From contig NW_026262667.1 in NCBI RefSeq assembly GCF_021869535.1, positions 6,820,001-6,884,000 on the forward strand: a stretch of 64,000 nucleotides of DNA, written 5' to 3'. Source of the DNA: Mytilus californianus (lineage: Eukaryota). Numbering within the stretch: position 1 is the first letter of the stretch; each line of letters begins with the position of its first letter. Shown here piece by piece: positions 37,610 through 50,400 of the stretch. A program made the translations under genes and the position numbers. The notes under the pieces were generated by a model. It saw only the letters and a program-made list of their open reading frames with translations. It was not told the DNA's origin and ran no database searches.

Positions 37610-37904
37610 GTAAATTTCTAAAAATTGAATTCAAAATCGGGATTAAGTTTGTAATGGTGTTATTCGATGTATTTTCTAACAATTACAAGAATATTAATGT
37701 AGAATTGTGTTAGTAAGGGAGCAATTAATTGTATGTTCTAACCAAGTCGGTTTGTCTTTTAAATAAAACTGTGTAAAAACTAATAAATCCCACAACAGTC
37801 ATATTCGTGAATAGGTCACGTTCGGTACTTAAAAGACCAGACGACGTATATGGTAAACCACAATCTAAGACGTGGTAAAATGTCTTTAGTTATTTTAGAC
37901 ACAG

Positions 37905-38599
37905 ATACATCTATAGATCAACCCGTTCGAGATGGTGTCCATAAAATTTACGGAGTGTCACTTTTAATCTTTCCGCCTCCTAAATCCGTTGTAGCAGTTT
38001 CTGCGTAAGGAGCACACTCCTGTATATGAAGTCTGTATAGTGTGAACATGCACGAGCATAAAGTATCAATTGAGATATGTAATTACCATACGATGGGGCA
38101 GCGGGTATGTTACTGCTAAGAAGTATGATTTACTTCAATTAAATAGCTTATTAAAACACTAAAAACAAAATACATCATGTGTATATACACTGAAAATACC
38201 GAACTCCCAGTTGAATTAAAAAAAGCGGGAATTAAGTCTATAAAACCTGAAAAAATCAAACGCTCGATTATAAAATCAACTGTCATATTACCTTCAAACT
38301 TATAAGTCGAAAATAAACTGACAACGTCATGGCAAATAATGAAAAAGATCAAGAGCCAACCAATAGTACACAAAACACAACATAGAAAACGAAAGACTGA
38401 GCAATACGAACCCCACCAAAGACCGGGGTGATCTCAGGTGCTCCGGAAGGGTAGGCAGATCTTGTTCCACATGTGTCATCCGTCGTGTTTCTAATGTAAG
38501 TAAAAACCCGGTGATAAGTATATTCGGTAGGTCACATTCCGGTAAAAGAGGACAGGTTGTGGTTACGACAATTGGAACATATCCGTCGTCATCTGTGAA
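37905..38599 (-). mobile_element. Degenerate family A RT remnant (37905-38110) and 3'-end copy (38303-38599), upstream of the FUT main exon
   Basis: caacccgttcgagatggtgtccataaaatttacg; ataagtcgaaaataaactgacaacgtcatggc...atatccgtcgtcatctgtgaaa. Confidence 0.75.
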
Positions 38600-38778
38600 A
38601 TTAGTGAAAAAGTTCAACCAAAACTTGCACATATTCTACGTCTGCTCTTTTAAAAAAACACACCAATAATCCAAAACCATTATGAACTGGGATCAACCTA
38701 GTTACCGTTTGCCACAAAGTTATAAATTTTTTACAGACATATCTAATGAACTCTTGTTATAACTTTTTAACATTTTAG

Positions 38779-39752
38779 GTGGCCTGATACTATTTTTAGT
38801 TTGCTGTATACTCAGTCTGACTGATATCATTTCGCCAGTGTCAATAAAAAGAAAATCGACAGCTGAAACAATTTCACAGGTGCCTTTATACATAGAATCA
38901 ACAGTCACAAAACATTATTACAGTTTGATCGAAAACAGGAAGGGTTCAATATGTCCTATCTTGCAAGGTGGACTCGGAAATAGATTGTTTCAATTTTCTA
39001 CTGCGTTTGCTGCTGCAAGGGCTAAGAATATGAATCTTATCATACCGTCTGATACTGAAATCAGCATGGTTTTTGAAATTAATGAGACCTTCAATGAAGC
39101 AAGACAATTGTGTAAGGGGTTTCGTAAGATTTTAGATAAAGCATCTCCAACTTTCCATAAAAACTTGATGAACTTTAGCTCACATGATAATATTCAACTT
39201 GGATATGGGCTTCAGTCGTGGAAATATTTTCATATGTATGATAAACAGCTAAAGAAGCAATTAACATTTAGAAAGCATATACAACATGAAGCAAAACAGA
39301 CAATCGATAAAATACTGCAACGACGTAACATAACGTCACGCAAGAGTGTTAATTTGGTTGGTGTTCATATAAGGAGAGGCGATAAGGTTGGTAATGATGA
39401 TGGGTTTAACATCGCAACACCAGAGTATTTAAGTAGATCTGTTAACTATTACACTAAAAAATATGAAGCTGTTTTATTTCTAGTTATATCAGATGGAATG
39501 TCATGGTCTAAAAAAAATATGCCTTCTCATGTTCCAGTAGAATATATATCATTAGGTAAAAGAGAACTTGATATGGCAACTGCAGTTGCCTGTGACCACA
39601 CAATTATGACAATAGGAACGTTTGGCTGGTGGATCGGCTTCTTAACTGGTGGAGAAGTGGTATTCGTGAAGGATTCTGCAGCAAAGGGTTCACGATTTGA
39701 AAGGATACTAAATTTTGAAGATCATTACTATCCTCACTGGGTAGGACTTTAG
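38779..39752 (+). CDS. Galactoside alpha-1,2-fucosyltransferase (GT11, FUT1/FUT2/Sec1-like), main coding exon
   Basis: GT11 motifs QGGLGNRLFQF, VGVHIRRGD and DMATAVACDHTIMTIGTFGWW. The frame extends upstream of the ORF-track start through a TM segment GLILFLVCCILSL to acceptor cattttAG at 38777-38778 (phase 1). Confidence 0.93.
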
Positions 39753-40322
39753 ATAATCTGCATCATGTACAAATCTCGTTTTAAACATCTTTATGAAAAT
39801 TCATTGAACTAAAACTTAATTTAACCATTGGCGGACACATATAATCAGATTTGAAGATTTTGATTAGAGGAAAAGTAAAACCTAAGTGCCGTCCAGTTAT
39901 AAACACTATCAAAACTACTGCAGAATGTGATCATTGATTACTGTAAATTAAGAAATAATTGCGAGGTTTTTATCATTGCGAATAATTCAAATGGGTGAGT
40001 ATCGCAATAATAAGAACTCGCATTCTGATATCTGATACATATATCTGTATGCAGATTTTCTTGAAATCGCAATAATTAATCTCGCATTTGATAAACTATC
40101 TAACGGTTTAGGTTTAGGTTTATACTATGCACCAACGTATTGTGTTAACATATTACAATTGATAGGATACCACATGCATATTGACATTTTGCGGACTTCA
40201 TTATAAGGGTTGTGCGCATAACGCAAAAACTACTGTAGTGGGGTTATATGGAGAACAATTCGACACTGCATAATGGTTTCTATCTTGAATTGGTTAACGA
40301 ATATTATGTGTCTGTGTCTCAA

Positions 40323-40402
40323 CTCCCAAGTGACACTAGTTCGTTGTTTATGATAGTCATATCTCCCAAGTGACACTAGTTCGTTGTTTATGATAGTCAT
40401 AT
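40323..40402. repeat. Perfect tandem duplication, 2 x 40 bp
   Basis: ctcccaagtgacactagttcgttgtttatgatagtcatat twice. Confidence 0.92.
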
Positions 40403-40909
40403 GCTTTGAAAATTTACCGATTGTGTCCTATTCCATACTATAACAATTCGACAGAGTCTGGATTCGTAATGTGTTTGATGCATTCATAGCATAATACGCT
40501 TGCCCGTACGGCGCAGTAGGTGTCGGTACTTTTTTAATGCATACTAGTTTCTTAGTTGTTCTCATTTGATTTGTTAATTCAAGATAGGTTAACGAGATAT
40601 CAATATTGGTAATCTTATCTAACTCATATGAAGATTATATTGTTCCTGATGTTCGGTTCGCTACTATACAAGTGCAAAGAATAAGACATCATCGAGTCGT
40701 GATAAATCTCGCAGGTCCTGGAGCAATTTCGTCCTGTATTTCTTTTGGTACTTTTTCTGTAGAAATAACATTGATTGTTTTCCGTTGTTCCTTATATGTG
40801 TCTCTGATATTTCACGGATTACAATGTGATATTAAAATCTAAAAATATATGAGTAATGCAGGCGACAATAGTTTACCGATGTTCAAATCACGAAAGTCGA
40901 TTGAAAATA

Positions 40910-41700
40910 GACAAATCAAGGTAACAAACAAACACTAAGGGAATCGCAAAAACCTTCTGAAGGGGCGAGATCGGATGCGTCGACAGGTTGTGGGTCTCCT
41001 GCTATGTATGTATCACCCGCTATACGAATCAATACCAAGTCATAATGTCGCAATCGGGAAGAGGGCACAGTCGATAAAATTCCAGATCAGACGACTATAC
41101 TGGTATCTACTGATTTAGCACCTCGAACACAAGTCGCTTGTGAGTTGAGAAATCGACACAACGTATCGGTCAGCTAATTTGTGATGGTCAACGTAAAACT
41201 TAGTAGTGTCGATTTCGATCATTCATTTTCATAACCCTGTTTGAGCAGTTTTTGCGTAAGAAGCACACTTCTGTTAACGAAGTCCGAAAGTTGGGAACAT
41301 GCATAAAAGCGAAACGTATTACCTGAGATATGATAACCCATACAATTGAGCAGAGGATATTTTACTGCTGAGAAATTGGAAGTTGACAACTGGAGAGTTG
41401 AAAATATCACGTTTGTCATAGATTCTTGCTTGAAGTCGTCCGTCCTTGTCAATATCGAAGAAAAGATAAAGATATGAAGAAGATAATTTTTCTTGTGTAG
41501 CTAAATTGATATCAAGTTTGCTATGATGTATAAGATGTAAGTACTCACTGAATGTGGATTATTTAGTGTTGTAGCTGTTTTTATGTAAGAAGCACACCCC
41601 TTCTCAATCAATAGTTCTGATATTTCTTTTTTTATATCAATAATTGAAATGATGTAGTGGTATAAGAAAACCTTAGACTTGTTCAGCAATGGTGGATTTT
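40910..41700 (-). mobile_element. Degenerate Penelope-like RT C-terminus plus 3' end (third family)
   Basis: YACSQLSDFVNRSVLLTQKLLKQGY and RTDDFKQ..NFSAVKYP..GYHIS resemble the PLE thumb region. Confidence 0.65.
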
Positions 41701-42952
41701 ATTACAAACACTTACCGGCATCAATTAAGCGTGGTCCTATTTGTTGGCTATTTCAGTATCAAAATCAGTTGACTTGGTAACTCAACGTGGATTGTATTGT
41801 AAAAATGTGTGACACATTTGCTATACATTTAATAAAAGTATTCCGTGTTTTGGCAATCTAATATTTTCTTCTTTGATTTAAAAGTATTAACCTTTAAAAA
41901 GTAAAATAACAACAATAACGAACTCCAAGGAAAATTCAAAACGGAAAGTCCCTTATCAAATGGCAAAATCAAAAGCACACACATCAAACGAATGAAAAAC
42001 AACTGTCATATTCCCGACTTGGCACAGACAATTCCTTATATAGAAAATGGTGGATTAAGTTAATGTTTAAATGTTATACCATAATATGTACCGTATGCGT
42101 ATTTCTCAATAGCTCTGGCAAAATATTTAAAAAATCAAAAAAAAAAGGTACAGAAATTATATATGTCAAGATATAGTTTGAAAAAATTCTCATTTGAAGG
42201 ATGTAACAAGGAAATTCAAATTTCAATTATAAAGACTAATTAAGTGAATGTTTACAAGAATCGATTTTAAATACAAACAAAGAGATGGTGTTACAAAGAT
42301 AAAACACGATGACCTGTCAAAAACAGACCTGCCTATAGGTTTGGTAGGGAGCTGCCCTGTCTTCCGAATCAGTTAAAAGTAGATCTGTCAGCATGACAAA
42401 AGACCTTGAACAGTTACTAGCGATCATGGCTGGTATTGTAGTGATAAAGATGGCCTGCTTGTCTGCTTCAGATAAATAACCTTAACTTTGAAAGGGTTTT
42501 AAATTTTTTGTACAGGTTACCTAATACACCACAAATTTTAGTTAATTGATACAGATGGTGTAATCTGTATAAATTAATAAAAATCGGTGTTGTCTTTTTT
42601 TAAGAGTGCCAATACTACATGTATTCATATTCATTGAAAAGCATGAACCATTATTCTAATTCAGCAGACTTGGTAACGCATGATGGATTGTTTTATGTGA
42701 CATGTAAGCATTATTAATATACGGTTATTATGATTCATTTCGGAACTAATTTGTTCCACTTATTTTTCTTTCTTTTTTTTTGGAATCATCGTCGGATTTA
42801 GTCTTGGCTTTCCCATTTTGAATTGTTTCTCATTTTTGTATACCTGGACCTCACTTTGGTATTGGCTTTGGTCTTTTTTAAAGTCTGTATATGTCCAATA
42901 TTTGATTACAGCCTCGTCTCTCTGGTCACTAATGGATAGGTGTCTCATTAAA

Positions 42953-43360
42953 TAGACAATAGACAATAGACAATATTTATTAGCACAAACACATTTACAT
43001 TAAATGGTTATGGCATACAGTACAATTGAAATAATAAACTGACAATAATTAAATAAGAGTGACAGTGGTATTCACACGAAAATGAAGACTACAAACATGT
43101 GTGTATTGACAGATAAACAATTATTAATGTCCATGAACAAAAAAGGATACATATCAAAAAATAAAAAAATAAAAATTATACAGATTTTCTCAATAAAAGA
43201 CAATCATTAATATATTTTTTGGTGATCTTTATAATGACTGGCAAACTTCTCTTCAAAAGTGTGGTGATATGCCTCAGTGTTATAGCTGATTGCGATTTAA
43301 TAAAATTGAAATTAAGATTAGTATTAATTTTTTGTATATAGGTATCCCTCAATGGTATAT
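42953..43360 (-). mobile_element. 3' end of a LINE (CR1/L2-like) with (ATTGTCT)3 tail
   Basis: Simple-repeat tail at 42953-42975; upstream frame YIPLRDTYIQKI...TKKYINDCLLLRK* resembles a LINE ORF2 C-terminus. Confidence 0.5.
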
Positions 43361-43361
43361 A

Positions 43362-43509
43362 GCACGGCCCTTTATAGCTTGCTGCTCGGTGTGAGCCAAG
43401 GCTCCGTGTTGAAGGCCGTACATTGACTTATAATTGTTAACTGTTTAAACATTGTGACTTGGATGGAGAGTTGTCTCATTGGCACTCATACCACATCTTC
43501 TTATTTACA
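43362..43509 (+). repeat. Family D-related 3' end (further copies at 53445-53506 and 63165-63299)
   Basis: gtgagccaaggctccgtgttgaaggccgtac...ttgtgacttggatggagagttgtctcattggcactcataccacatcttc. Confidence 0.82.
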
Positions 43510-43728
43510 TTTTACAAGATCATACCTCATCTTTTATTTTTATATTGGCCTATATTAAATGTAAGCCATATGGTAGGGATGTAACTAAACTGTATGCTGG
43601 TATTGCTACAGAGTGTCCATACTGCGTTGTTTCATTGAAAATCATGTATTTTTTTAATTTACCAAAATGGAGATATGTTTAGTGAGATAATTATTTCATA
43701 CCACAATACACTGAACTGCAGCCAAGTT

Positions 43729-44185
43729 TAGCGTTTGGTTATTCATTGATTACCCTTCTGGCCTGTCACAAACAAACATGTTGTAACCTCCCATTTCATT
43801 GGCCGAAAGATACAAATGCAGCAACAATCGTGCTCGTGAATTGACACAGGTGACCGACAATGGAATGTACTATGTTACTACGGAAGTGAAATGAATTGAA
43901 AGAATATTTGTTTAATGTTGTATCGTCTCCTGTAATGGGTTGCACATTTCTCTTTTGTTTTCATTCTATACAACGAATAGACAGTAGCTTAGCGTTTGGT
44001 CATTCATATATAACATTGTTACGAATCACAAACGAAACAAATCGCAAAGTCCTATTCATTCACCGATTGATACAAGCAAAACAACAAAAATCGTATTGTA
44101 CAAGTGAATGATCGCAATTGACGGACAATAGAATGTACTATCATACTTACTACGGAAATAAAATGAATTGAATGCATATTTGTTT
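43729..44185. repeat. Old diverged direct repeat, two copies of about 190 bp
   Basis: ttagcgtttggt.attcat ... gacaat.gaatgtactat ... tactacggaa.t.aaatgaattgaa at about 43729 and about 43989. Confidence 0.65.
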
Positions 44186-46012
44186 TAAAAAGGGTTGAAA
44201 TGTTACACTGGCAGGGGCTTCTGCATGTGTTGAACAAAAGAACTAAATACTTATTAGAAATGTCGTAGTTTATAAGAAACAATATAAATATACTGTTTGA
44301 ATTTTTATTGGATGTAAATTTGTCTTTTTATTTCAAACTACTATGAACATAGAGCTTTGCGGAACATTTGCGACCTTTTTTTTTCCAAATAGATGCACAC
44401 TTGTTTAAAGAAAATATCGCATATTCTTCAAAACTGAGGGCAATACTAATGTCTCTAAGTAGTTATCCCCTTGTAAAATAAAATTTTTCTTGGTTTAAAT
44501 GCACAAGTCACAATGTAATTCATCGGAGGATTCAGATGTAGGGTTCTTCTTTAAAAACTAAGTATAAGTTTACAGAGAATATCAATAAAAATACTATAAA
44601 ATTAAGGGTAAACAAATGAATTGTGCTTTTTTTAAGATGAAGTACAAAGTTATACATGTATACTAAACTGTTAAACGAAATATAAAGAAATTAAGAGTGA
44701 CAATATACAAGTACAAGGAGGGACTAACCTTTTTATTAATACACTTAATGAATTAACGCAATTTTTAAAACTGAATGTTTTCAATTACCAAACAGTGAGT
44801 TAATTGACATAATACTTGGCCTATGTGAACATTTACAAAGATAACTTACGTTCGTTTTTCAACAGAGAACAACAAAACAAATAATTATAAATCCATCGCC
44901 TATATCGCCGTAGTTACATAAAGTATATTTCTTTTCACTGCGGTCAATGTTTTGCCATCTCCATTTTTCTATATTATAATAAACAAATCATGGTAACCTG
45001 CTCTGAAGTTATATAAAATTTAAAAAAAATGTGTGTAGTACCCATCTTTCTCGGGATTTATTTTTTCAAAGTCAAGTAAACTGAATCAGAAAAAAATCAC
45101 ACTATCCAAAGTCGAATCCATAAAATCCCAAACTTCCCTGCTTTTAAAAATAACTGGATTATGCCATGATGTAAATTTGAGTTGTCTTTATAATTTGTCA
45201 TGGGGATTCCCCTTTTCTTAATAATTTGTATATGTAGTTTCATATTTAAAAAAGGTTTAGTATAATTGAGCCTACTTTAGAGCAAACTTACAAAATAATG
45301 TTTATTCATATGCAAAAATTTATATAGACGAACAAATTCAATTCGTCATGTTAAATACAAAACTGCTTCTAATTGTCAAAAATAAAAAAATACGATGTTT
45401 TTATATTTCTCTGGTCAAACGATGTGACATGTATTTATTACTGTCTTATTAAAATTATCTGCCATTTAAGACATTAGATTAGTTTCACATTCAATAAGAG
45501 ATCGAAGCCATCAATTTCGATACATACACTCTATATTTCAATAATATTGGGTTGATGCCATATTGAATTACATATCATTGTTAATCGTCCATATCTACCT
45601 CATGAAAATTGGAAAAATGCCCTAGGAGTTTGAAGCTATAAGGTCACTAAAGCCTCACTATAACTAAATTGTAGGATTTTTGTCAGGTTCAAGAAAGAAA
45701 TGAAAACTTGTCAACTCATCAGTAAATAAAATGTATCATTTTCAGTACTAGATGAGGTTAAAACGAGCGGTATCAAGAGTTAGTTGCCGTTACTGAATAT
45801 TTGCCACAGATGACCACAGATATGTTTCAATTAATGTAGCTGTTCTCGAGTGCTTTTTTCCTATATAATGACACCACCAAATGAGACTTAACATTTATCT
45901 GATTTTCATTTGTTTAGTTTTGAGCGTTCCGGGTGATGGTAAATCCATAAAAAGCATCGAACGCAAGAAAAGAATATTCATAAAGGTTCATTTAACCAAG
46001 AAATTGTACTTA

Positions 46013-46250
46013 CCATGAGCAACACGACGGTTGCCACATGTTGAGCAGGATCTACTTACCATGAGTATCACGACGGTTACCACATGTGGAGCACGATCTG
46101 CTTACACATCCGGATCACCTGAGGGATCACGTACGGATTTTGGTGGGGTTCGTGTTCCCCATTCTTCAGTATTTTATGACACGTATACTATAGTAGATTG
46201 ATGTTTGTCTCTGTATGACTTCTGTTTCAATTCTCCCTTTGGTATCATTT
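46013..46250 (+). repeat. Degenerate family A copy with a tandem duplication of its 5' about 45 bp
   Basis: ttaccatgagcaacacgacggttgccacatg repeated as ttaccatgagtatcacgacggttaccacatg. Confidence 0.7.
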
Positions 46251-46677
46251 TTATACCTGTTAATCCTGTTCCCCTTTTTAATTCGAGCATCTCTGATGAG
46301 CCTTTTGAAGACAAAACGGGCGTCTGGCGTACTCAATTATAAGCCTGGTACCTTAAATGAGTATTTTTTCCTATATAATACATGGAAATAAGTATCAAAC
46401 GAAAAATAAATAATTCTCCGTAATAAAGACTTCCAGAAAGTAGATAGGTAACCGTAGATTAAAGTCACGTGATTAAAGTTGAATCAATTTCTAAAATCAT
46501 ACAAGTATATAAATATTTGAATTTTAGAATGTGCCAAACATTGCGACATCAGCTTCAGGGTTTTTAGAATTTTTCTAACATTTTAACATTTAGTCCGTTT
46601 GAAAACATTGGAACCGTGAAGGTCTATCAAAAGACAGAATCAGTCTTACGAATATGTAACGGATTTCATCATCAAAG

Positions 46678-46820
46678 AGAGCATCTGTGGCCGAGTGGTC
46701 TAAGAAGTCGAACTACTGTATCACTAGCCTGTCAACACTGAAGGTTTGAGTTCGAAACCGGCACGTGACAGGTGCGTTCGACTCCAATCTTAATTGACAA
46801 GGATTGTCAGTTTTCCAACA
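46678..46820 (+). mobile_element. Same SINE family, 5' half with intact A and B boxes
   Basis: tggccgagtggtctaag ... gagttcgaaacc; colinear with the 18962 copy. Confidence 0.78.
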
Positions 46821-47912
46821 GATGAAACATATTAAACAAATGGAGTAATCGGAGTGTAAGAAAACTTATTATTTTGGAAGACAAACCTAAATTTTAAAGG
46901 AAAATTTATAGACACAAATATGTCTTTGTTTATCAGATAAAAGGTTCAGAAAAGTAACTTGGGTGTAAATATTTGTAAAAATAAAGGGAGCCTATGATAT
47001 ATATTGTTGTGGCCATCCTTTGGCGCGGTCAGGTCACCCAATTGGCTGGGTCAGATCAGGTAAACCTGTGTCTGTTACACCCACTTAAGGACTTTATTTA
47101 CAATAGACTTTTAAACTTGCGGGAGCGTCAAATATCTCTCAATGCCTCAAAAAATAAACTACAGAAGTAAACCTAGTGTTTTGATTAACATTATTCTTTA
47201 CTGGCGTCATTGTTAAGTTTCGATAAACAAATCATTATGGTATCGCACGTATTTTGAGCATAACAATAATTTTTTTCTAGCTTTACAATAGTAGTAAATT
47301 TGCTAGCAATTACCTTTTTGGTTTCTTTCAACTTATTTCTTCTAAACATTTTTTTTTTAGAACGAATGCATGATGAACTTTAAATCGTGGAGAAATTATG
47401 AATATATAAAAGTGTCCTTTCGAACATCTTTTACGTACATGCAAGATATTTGAGCTGTTTGGACCTACATGTAGCTTTATACAATTTGCATTTACTTAAT
47501 GAAATAGATAACATTCAATTCAATATCTAAATATAAGCATTTATTGCAGTAATTTATTTACATTAGAAGAGGTCTTTACTGAAACGCTAGAATTTTATAA
47601 GATTTTAAATTGGTTGGTCCGACGTTCATCTGACTGACTTGGCAATCGAAGTTGGTCTTACTAAATCATCTTGAATAATACATAATAGTTAGATGTATAG
47701 AAAACTGCCTTTTCTGCTTACCACTTTACTTGAGAAAAACCCAAACTTCGCAGCAGAAACGTATTCCTGAATTCATGATGTTGCCCGTACCATTCACTTT
47801 TTCTGAGTTTGTGTTTTTTTGTGTGTGTTTTTTTTTTTCTCAATAACACTCACTGCATTCACGTAGTTTGTATAAAAAAACTGTACTGTTTCAAACTAAA
47901 TGCGCAAAAGAT

Positions 47913-49047
47913 ACTTGTCACCATCTTACGGTGCTTATATAACACAACTCGTTCGCTATGACGGTGTCTGTTGTGACGTTTTTGGATTTCAATGTATGTA
48001 ATCTATGTATTACTGGTAAATTATTAAGTCAGGGATTTTGTTACCACAAATTACTTAAAACCTTTACTAAATTCTTACATAGATATAACGATTTGGTTAT
48101 GAAGTTTGGTTGTACATGTAGAAAACTTATTTCAAACGGGATAGCACATCCTCATTTTACGGAGATGTTGTTTACCGTGCCCGGAAATTTAGAAACGATC
48201 CGGGTAAACTTATCGATCCTTTAAATAAACTTATTCTAAAAGGCTACCAATTCAACACTGTAATTAGATCTTTGAATATTGTTTTTATTGTTATTAATAT
48301 TGATTTTGTTATCAGTAAATTAAAATCAAACTAAATATTATTTGTATATACATATGCATATTCATGACTCTACAATCTGTCGATACCTGTATCTTGGCAT
48401 TGCACAAGGTCATGTTTTTCTCTGACTGTTTATGACGTCTTTACACTAAATCCATTGGATGTTGGAAGTGTACTGATTGATATTTTAGTCCTAGATGCAT
48501 GATCTGTTTTATTAGTTGTTATTGGCTTTGAACTAGCTGTCAGTACCTACGAGTACTCTCAGATCTGTACTTAGTGTCTTTTTGTTGTGGGTATGTATAA
48601 GTACCCGTCAACGTTCACTCTGTGTTTTTGTTAGATGTATTTCTATTTGTTTCCATCTGATGAGTTAAGCCTTTTTCAACTGATTTTTATAGTTTGTTCT
48701 TATGGTGGACTGTTACACCACTGTCCCAAGTTAGGGGAGGGTCGGCGCCTTCAAACGAGTTTAACCCCGCCACATTCTGTATGTGCCTGTCTCAAGCCAA
48801 GAGCCTGTAATTCAGTGGTTGTAGTCTGTTGCTGTTCATTATTTTGTACATAAACCAGGCTGTTAGTTTTCTTGGTTGAATTGTTTTACATTTGTCATTT
48901 CGGGGCCTTTTATAGCTGACTATGCGGTATGGGCTTTGCTCATTGTTGAAGGCCGCACGGTGACCTATAGTTGTTAATTTTTGTGTCATTTGGTCTCTTG
49001 TGGAGAGTTGTCTCATTAGCAATCATACCACATCTTCTTATTTATAT
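47913..49047 (+). mobile_element. Penelope-like element family D: RT thumb/C-terminus plus about 700-bp 3' region
   Basis: SYGAYITQLVRY..DFN..LCITGKLLSQGFCYHKLLKTFTKFLHRY..GIAHPHF. The 3' region recurs elsewhere in the window and ends ...ataccacatcttcttatttatatt. Confidence 0.78.
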
Positions 49048-49145
49048 TAGTACATTCCGATTGTTCAAGCCCCTGATTCTACCCAAGGATCTTGATTGTG
49101 TTCGTGAACTGCTCTTTAGTTTTCTTTCTAGTGTTTTGTGGCAAT

Positions 49146-49950
49146 TTTGTTTGTTCTTGTGACAATATTTTTTGTTCGTGTGACAATGTTGTTTGTTCTT
49201 GCGCCAATGTTGTTTGTTCTTTTGTGTTGTTTGTTCTTGTGACAATATTGTTTGTTCTTGTGACAATATTGTTTTTTCTTGCGACAAAGTTGTTTGTTCT
49301 TGTGACAATATTGTTTGTTCTTGTGACAATGTGGTTTGTTCTTGTGGTAATGTTGTTTGTTCTTGTGGTAATGGTGTTTGTTCTTGTGACAATATTGTTT
49401 GTTCTTGTGGTAATGTTGTTTGTTCTTGTGGTAATGTTGTTTGTTCTTGTGATAATGATGTTTGTTCTTGTGGTAATGTTGTTTTTTTGACAATGTTGTT
49501 TGTTCTTGTGGCCGGTTGTTTGTTGTTGTGGCCGGGTGTGTGTTGTTGTGGTCGGTTGTTTGTTCTTGTGACTGGTTGTTTGTTGTTGAGGCCGAGTGTG
49601 TGTTGTTGTGGCCGGTTGTTTGTTGTTTTGGCCGGTTGTTTGTTGTTATGACTGGTTGTTTGTTGTTGTGGCTGATTGTTTGTTATTGTGGCTGGTTGTT
49701 TGTTCTTGTGACTAGTTGTTTGTTCATAGGGCTGGTTGTTTGTTCTTGTGGCTGGTTGTTTGTTGTTTTGGCCGGTTGTTTGTTGTTGTGACTGGTTGTT
49801 TGTTATTGTGGCTGGTTGTTTGTTCTTGTGACTAGTTGTTTGTTCATAGGGCTGGTTGTTTGTTCTTGTGGCTGGTTGTTTGTGCTTGTGGCTGGTTATT
49901 TATTCTTATGGCTGGTTTTTTGTTCTTGTGGCTGGTTGTTTGTTCCTGTG
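49146..49950. repeat. Minisatellite: about 16 x 21-bp units, then about 23 x 20-bp units
   Basis: ttgtttgttcttgtgacaata (21 bp) up to about 49490; gctggttgtttgttcttgtg (20 bp) after. Confidence 0.92.
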
Positions 49951-50009
49951 GGAGTGTTGTCTGTCTTTCTTTGACGTTTTTTTTTTCTGGCCTCTCGATT
50001 TCTTCTTAA

Positions 50010-50400
50010 GGATGTACTCAGGTGAGGTTTAGGAATTTTTGTCAGATGTTCGGACTCCTTGGGTTTTTCCTACGACAGTGTAAAATATTTTTCCCCATAT
50101 CACCCTTTTTTTTCTTTTCACAGAAGACTTTAATAGGTCATAAAAAGGTCATTACAAAAATTTAAGCAGATTCTAGATTTTTTTCTTACGATTTGAGACC
50201 CAAATAATGCCAATGTTAGATATAAGGTAACAGTCGGAGTCAGCCTTTTCCCGACATTTCTTAAAAAAATCAAATATCTCAAAAAGGAGTTCCATAACCT
50301 ATCAATATTTTTAGCTTATTTTGTTCCTTAAATAATGTTCTTCTGACTTATAGTACAAATTTTAAATTCTAGATTTTTTTTATTTCACCTAACTACATCC
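50010..50400. mobile_element. Kolobok-type MITE, 391 bp
   Basis: TTAA|GGATGTACTCAGGTGA ... TCACCTAACTACATCC|TTAA; subterminal similarity to 1836-2228. Confidence 0.78.

Noticed and set aside
46678-46765. tRNA gene
   Set aside because: A and B boxes are present, but the sequence continues into a SINE core shared with 18962 and 34748, and no acceptor stem is evident.
48655-48690. CUGAUGAG in the family D 3' region (also at about 14914) as a hammerhead
   Set aside because: No downstream GAAA, palindrome or stem I partner.
49042-49791. Cys-rich (CSCDNIV)n, His/Lys-rich (HKNKQYC)n and (QEQTTLS)n ORFs resembling metallothionein or adhesive proteins
   Set aside because: A 21-bp stop-poor unit opens several frames on both strands, and the switch to 20 bp destroys the periodicity. 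There is no signal peptide or credible gene context.
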